The notes under the pieces are model-generated. The model saw only the letters and a list, made by a program, of their open reading frames with translations. It did not search any database and was not told where the DNA came from. DNA of 63,986 nucleotides, the filler included, from Chiloscyllium plagiosum (taxonomy: Eukaryota): assembly GCF_004010195.1 (NCBI RefSeq). It is 4 parts of one record of this genome, joined end to end, with 100 filler letters (N's around TTAATTAATTAA, not from the genome) between each part and the next. Parts side by side here need not be neighbours in the genome. Positions count along the whole stretch, not along the records: positions 61,476 to 63,986 come from NC_057710.1; 3 more parts are not named here. One strand, given 5' to 3'. How positions within the stretch are numbered: the stretch's first letter is position 1; each line of letters opens with the position of its first letter. Both the position numbers and the translations under genes were made by a program. This document shows, one piece after another, positions 61,476-63,986 of the stretch.

Positions 61476-63986
61476 GGGACGGGGAGGTGAGCCCGGGAGT
61501 GGAGGTTGGGAAGGTGAAGTGAGCCCAGGTGTGGAGGTTGGGATGGGGAGATGACTCCGGGAGTGGAGGTTGGGACGGGGAGATGAGCCCGTGAGTGGTG
61601 GTCGGGACGGGGAGGTGTTTCCGGGATTGGAGGTTGGGACGAGGAGAGGAGGACCCGGAAGTGGAGGTTAGGAAGGGGAGATGAGTCCGGGAGTGGCGGT
61701 TGGCACGGAAGGTGAGCCCGGGAGTGGAGGTCGGGGCGGGGAGGTGATCCCGGGAGTGGATGCTTGGATGGGGTGGTGAGTCCGGGAGTGGAGTTTGGGA
61801 CGGGGCGGTGAGTCCGGTAGTGGAGGTTAGGATGGGGAGGTGAGCACAGGAGTGAAGGTTGAGACACAGAGGTGCACGTGGGAGTGGAGGTTGGGACAGG
61901 TTGGTGAGTCCGGGAGTGGAGGTCGGGACGAGGAGGTGAGTACGGGAGTGGAGGTTAGGACGGGGACCTAAACCCACAAGTGAAGGTTGGAATGGGGAAG
62001 TGGGCCTGGGAGTGGAGGTCGGGACGTGAATGTGAGCCCGGCAGTCGAGTTTGGGATGGAGAGGTGGGCCCCGGAGTGGAGGTTGGGATGGGGAGGTCAG
62101 TCCAGGAGTGGAGGTTGTGGCGGGGAGGTGAGATCGGGTGTGAAGGTTGGGACGGTGAGGTGAGTCCGGGAGTTGTGGTTGGGATGGGGAGGTGAGCCCA
62201 GGAGTGGACGTAGGGACGGGGAGGTGATTCCAGGAGTGGAGGTCGGGAAGGGGAGGTGAGCCCAGGAGTGGAGGTTGAGATGGGGAGGTCAGTCCAGGAG
62301 TGGTGGTTGGGGCAGGGTGGTGAGCCCGGGAGTGCAGGTTGAGATGGGGATGTGAGCCCAGGAGTGGAGGTAGGGACGGGGAGGTGATTCCGGGAGTGAA
62401 GGTGGGATGGGGTGGTGAGTCCGAGAGTGGAGGTTGGGATAGGGAGGTGAGTCCGAGAGTGGAGGTGGAGACGGGGAGGTATGTCCGGGAGTGGAGGTTG
62501 GGAAGGGGAGGTGAACCCAGGAGTGGAGGTTGCGATGGGAGGGTGAATCTGAGAGTGGAGGTTGGGACGGGGAGGTGAGCGCGGGAGAAGAGGTTTGGAC
62601 AGGAAGGTGAGTCCGGGAGTGGAGGTTGGGACGGGGAGGTTTGTCCGGGAGTGGAGGTTGGGACGGGGAGGTGAGCCCGGGAGTGGAGGATGGGACGGGG
62701 AAGTGAGCCCGGGAGTGGCGGTTGGGAGTGGAGGTTGGGACGGGGAGGTGAGCCCAGGAGTGGAGGTTGGGACGGGGAGGTGAGTCCGGGAGTGGAGGTT
62801 GGGATGTGGAGGTGAGCCCGTGAGAGGCGGTTGGGACGGGAATGTGAGTCCGGGAGAGGAGTTTGGGACAGGGAGGTGAGGCCGGGAGTGGAGATTGGGA
62901 CGAGGAGGTGAGTCCAGGAGTGGCAGATGGGACGGCAAGGTGAGCCCGGGAGTGGAGGTTGGGACGGGAAGATGAGTCCGGGAGTGGAGGTTGGGAAGGG
63001 GAGGTGTGCGCGGGAGTGGAGGTTGAGACGGGAGGGTGAGGCCGGGGGTGAACATTGGGATGGGGAGGTGAGTCTGGGAGTGGAGGTTGGGACGGGATTG
63101 TCAGTCCGAGAGTGGAAGTTGGGACGGGGAGGTGAGTCTGGGAGTGGAGGTTGGGATGGGGTGGTGAGTCCGAGAGTGGAGGTTGGGATGGGGAGGTGAG
63201 TCCGAGAGTGGAGGTGGAGACGGGGAGGTATGTCCGGGAGTGGAGGTTGGGAAGGGGAGGTGAGCCCGGGAGTGGAGGTTGGGATGGGTGTGTGGACCCA
63301 GGAGTGGAGGTTGGGACAGGGAGATGAGTCCAGGAGTGGCAGTTGGGTAGGGGAGATGAGTCCGGGAGTGACGGTTGGGACGGGGAGGTGAGCCCGGGAG
63401 TGGAGGTCGGGAAGGGGAGGTGAGCCCAGGAGTGGAGGTTGAGACGGGGAGGTGAACCCGGGAGTGGATTTTTGGATGGGGAGGTGAGTTCGGGAATGGA
63501 GTTTGGGACGGGGAGGTGAGTCCGGGAGTGGGGTTTGGGACAGGGAGGTGAGTCTGGGAGTGGAGGTTGGGACGGGGACCTAAACCCACGAGTGGAGGTT
63601 GGAATGGGAGGTGAGCCCGGGAGTAGAGGTTGGGACGAGAATGTGAGCCCGGGAGTGGAGTTTGGGACGGAGATGTGAGTCCGGGAGTGGAGGTTGGGAT
63701 GGGGAGGTGTGTCCGGGAGTGGAGGTTGGAACGGGCAGGTGAGCCCGGAAGAGGAGGTTGAGACAGGAAGGTGAGTCCGGGAGTGGCAGTTGGGACGGGG
63801 AGGTGAGCCCAGGAATGGAGGTTGGGAGGGGGAGGTGAGCCCGGGAGGGGAGGTTGGGACGGGGATGTGAGTCCGGGAGTGGAGGTTGGGACGAGGGGGT
63901 GAGTCCAGGAGTGGACATTGGGACGGGGAGGTGAGTCCGGGAGTGGCAGTTGGGACGGGGAGGTGAGCCCAGGAATGGAGGTTGGG
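61476..63986. repeat. G-rich 32-bp minisatellite (gggacggggaggtgagcccgggagtggaggtt), running off the window end
   Basis: Tandem degenerate units with extreme G skew on +. Confidence 0.97.

Noticed and set aside
61420..63918. Proline-rich mucin- or extensin-like ORFs
   Set aside because: Translations of a 32-bp minisatellite that cycles through frames; no splice or codon evidence.

Overview
Eukaryotic, repeat-dense vertebrate DNA. The repeat content (CR1 LINEs, HE1/V-SINE-type tRNA SINEs, Deu-domain SINE remnants, Penelope-like elements) points to a cartilaginous fish, probably a shark. I recognise no intact protein-coding gene. Nearly all listed ORFs are decayed CR1, RTE or Penelope fragments, or artefacts of tandem repeats, including the 1899-aa ORF. 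The most informative unique sequence is an immune-type promoter module: an NF-kB site cluster, an ISRE about 15 bp upstream of a TATATAAA box, and a short ATG-less first exon ending in GTAAGT. It occurs twice in tandem on + (about 10.1-11.1 kb and 12.65-13.65 kb). A third, older, inverted copy lies at about 6.24-6.79 kb, with a matching ISRE at 4.87 kb. This suggests a divergent (head-to-head) inducible immune locus with alternative promoters. Weak candidate downstream exons lie at 14.3, 21.5, 40.4 and 50.7 kb, but their product is unrecognised. Other features: three same-orientation arrays of a 16-bp satellite with higher-order units, including about 119 identical 48-mers that each carry an AP-1 site; a near-identical 1-kb duplication flanking that array; 21-, 32- and 44-bp minisatellites; solo LTRs with 4-bp TSDs; many short palindromic Penelope-derived elements with hammerhead-ribozyme cores and long TSDs; and artificial TTAATTAATTAA scaffold spacers. 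Family names were assigned by eye, without database searches, and most repeat boundaries are approximate.
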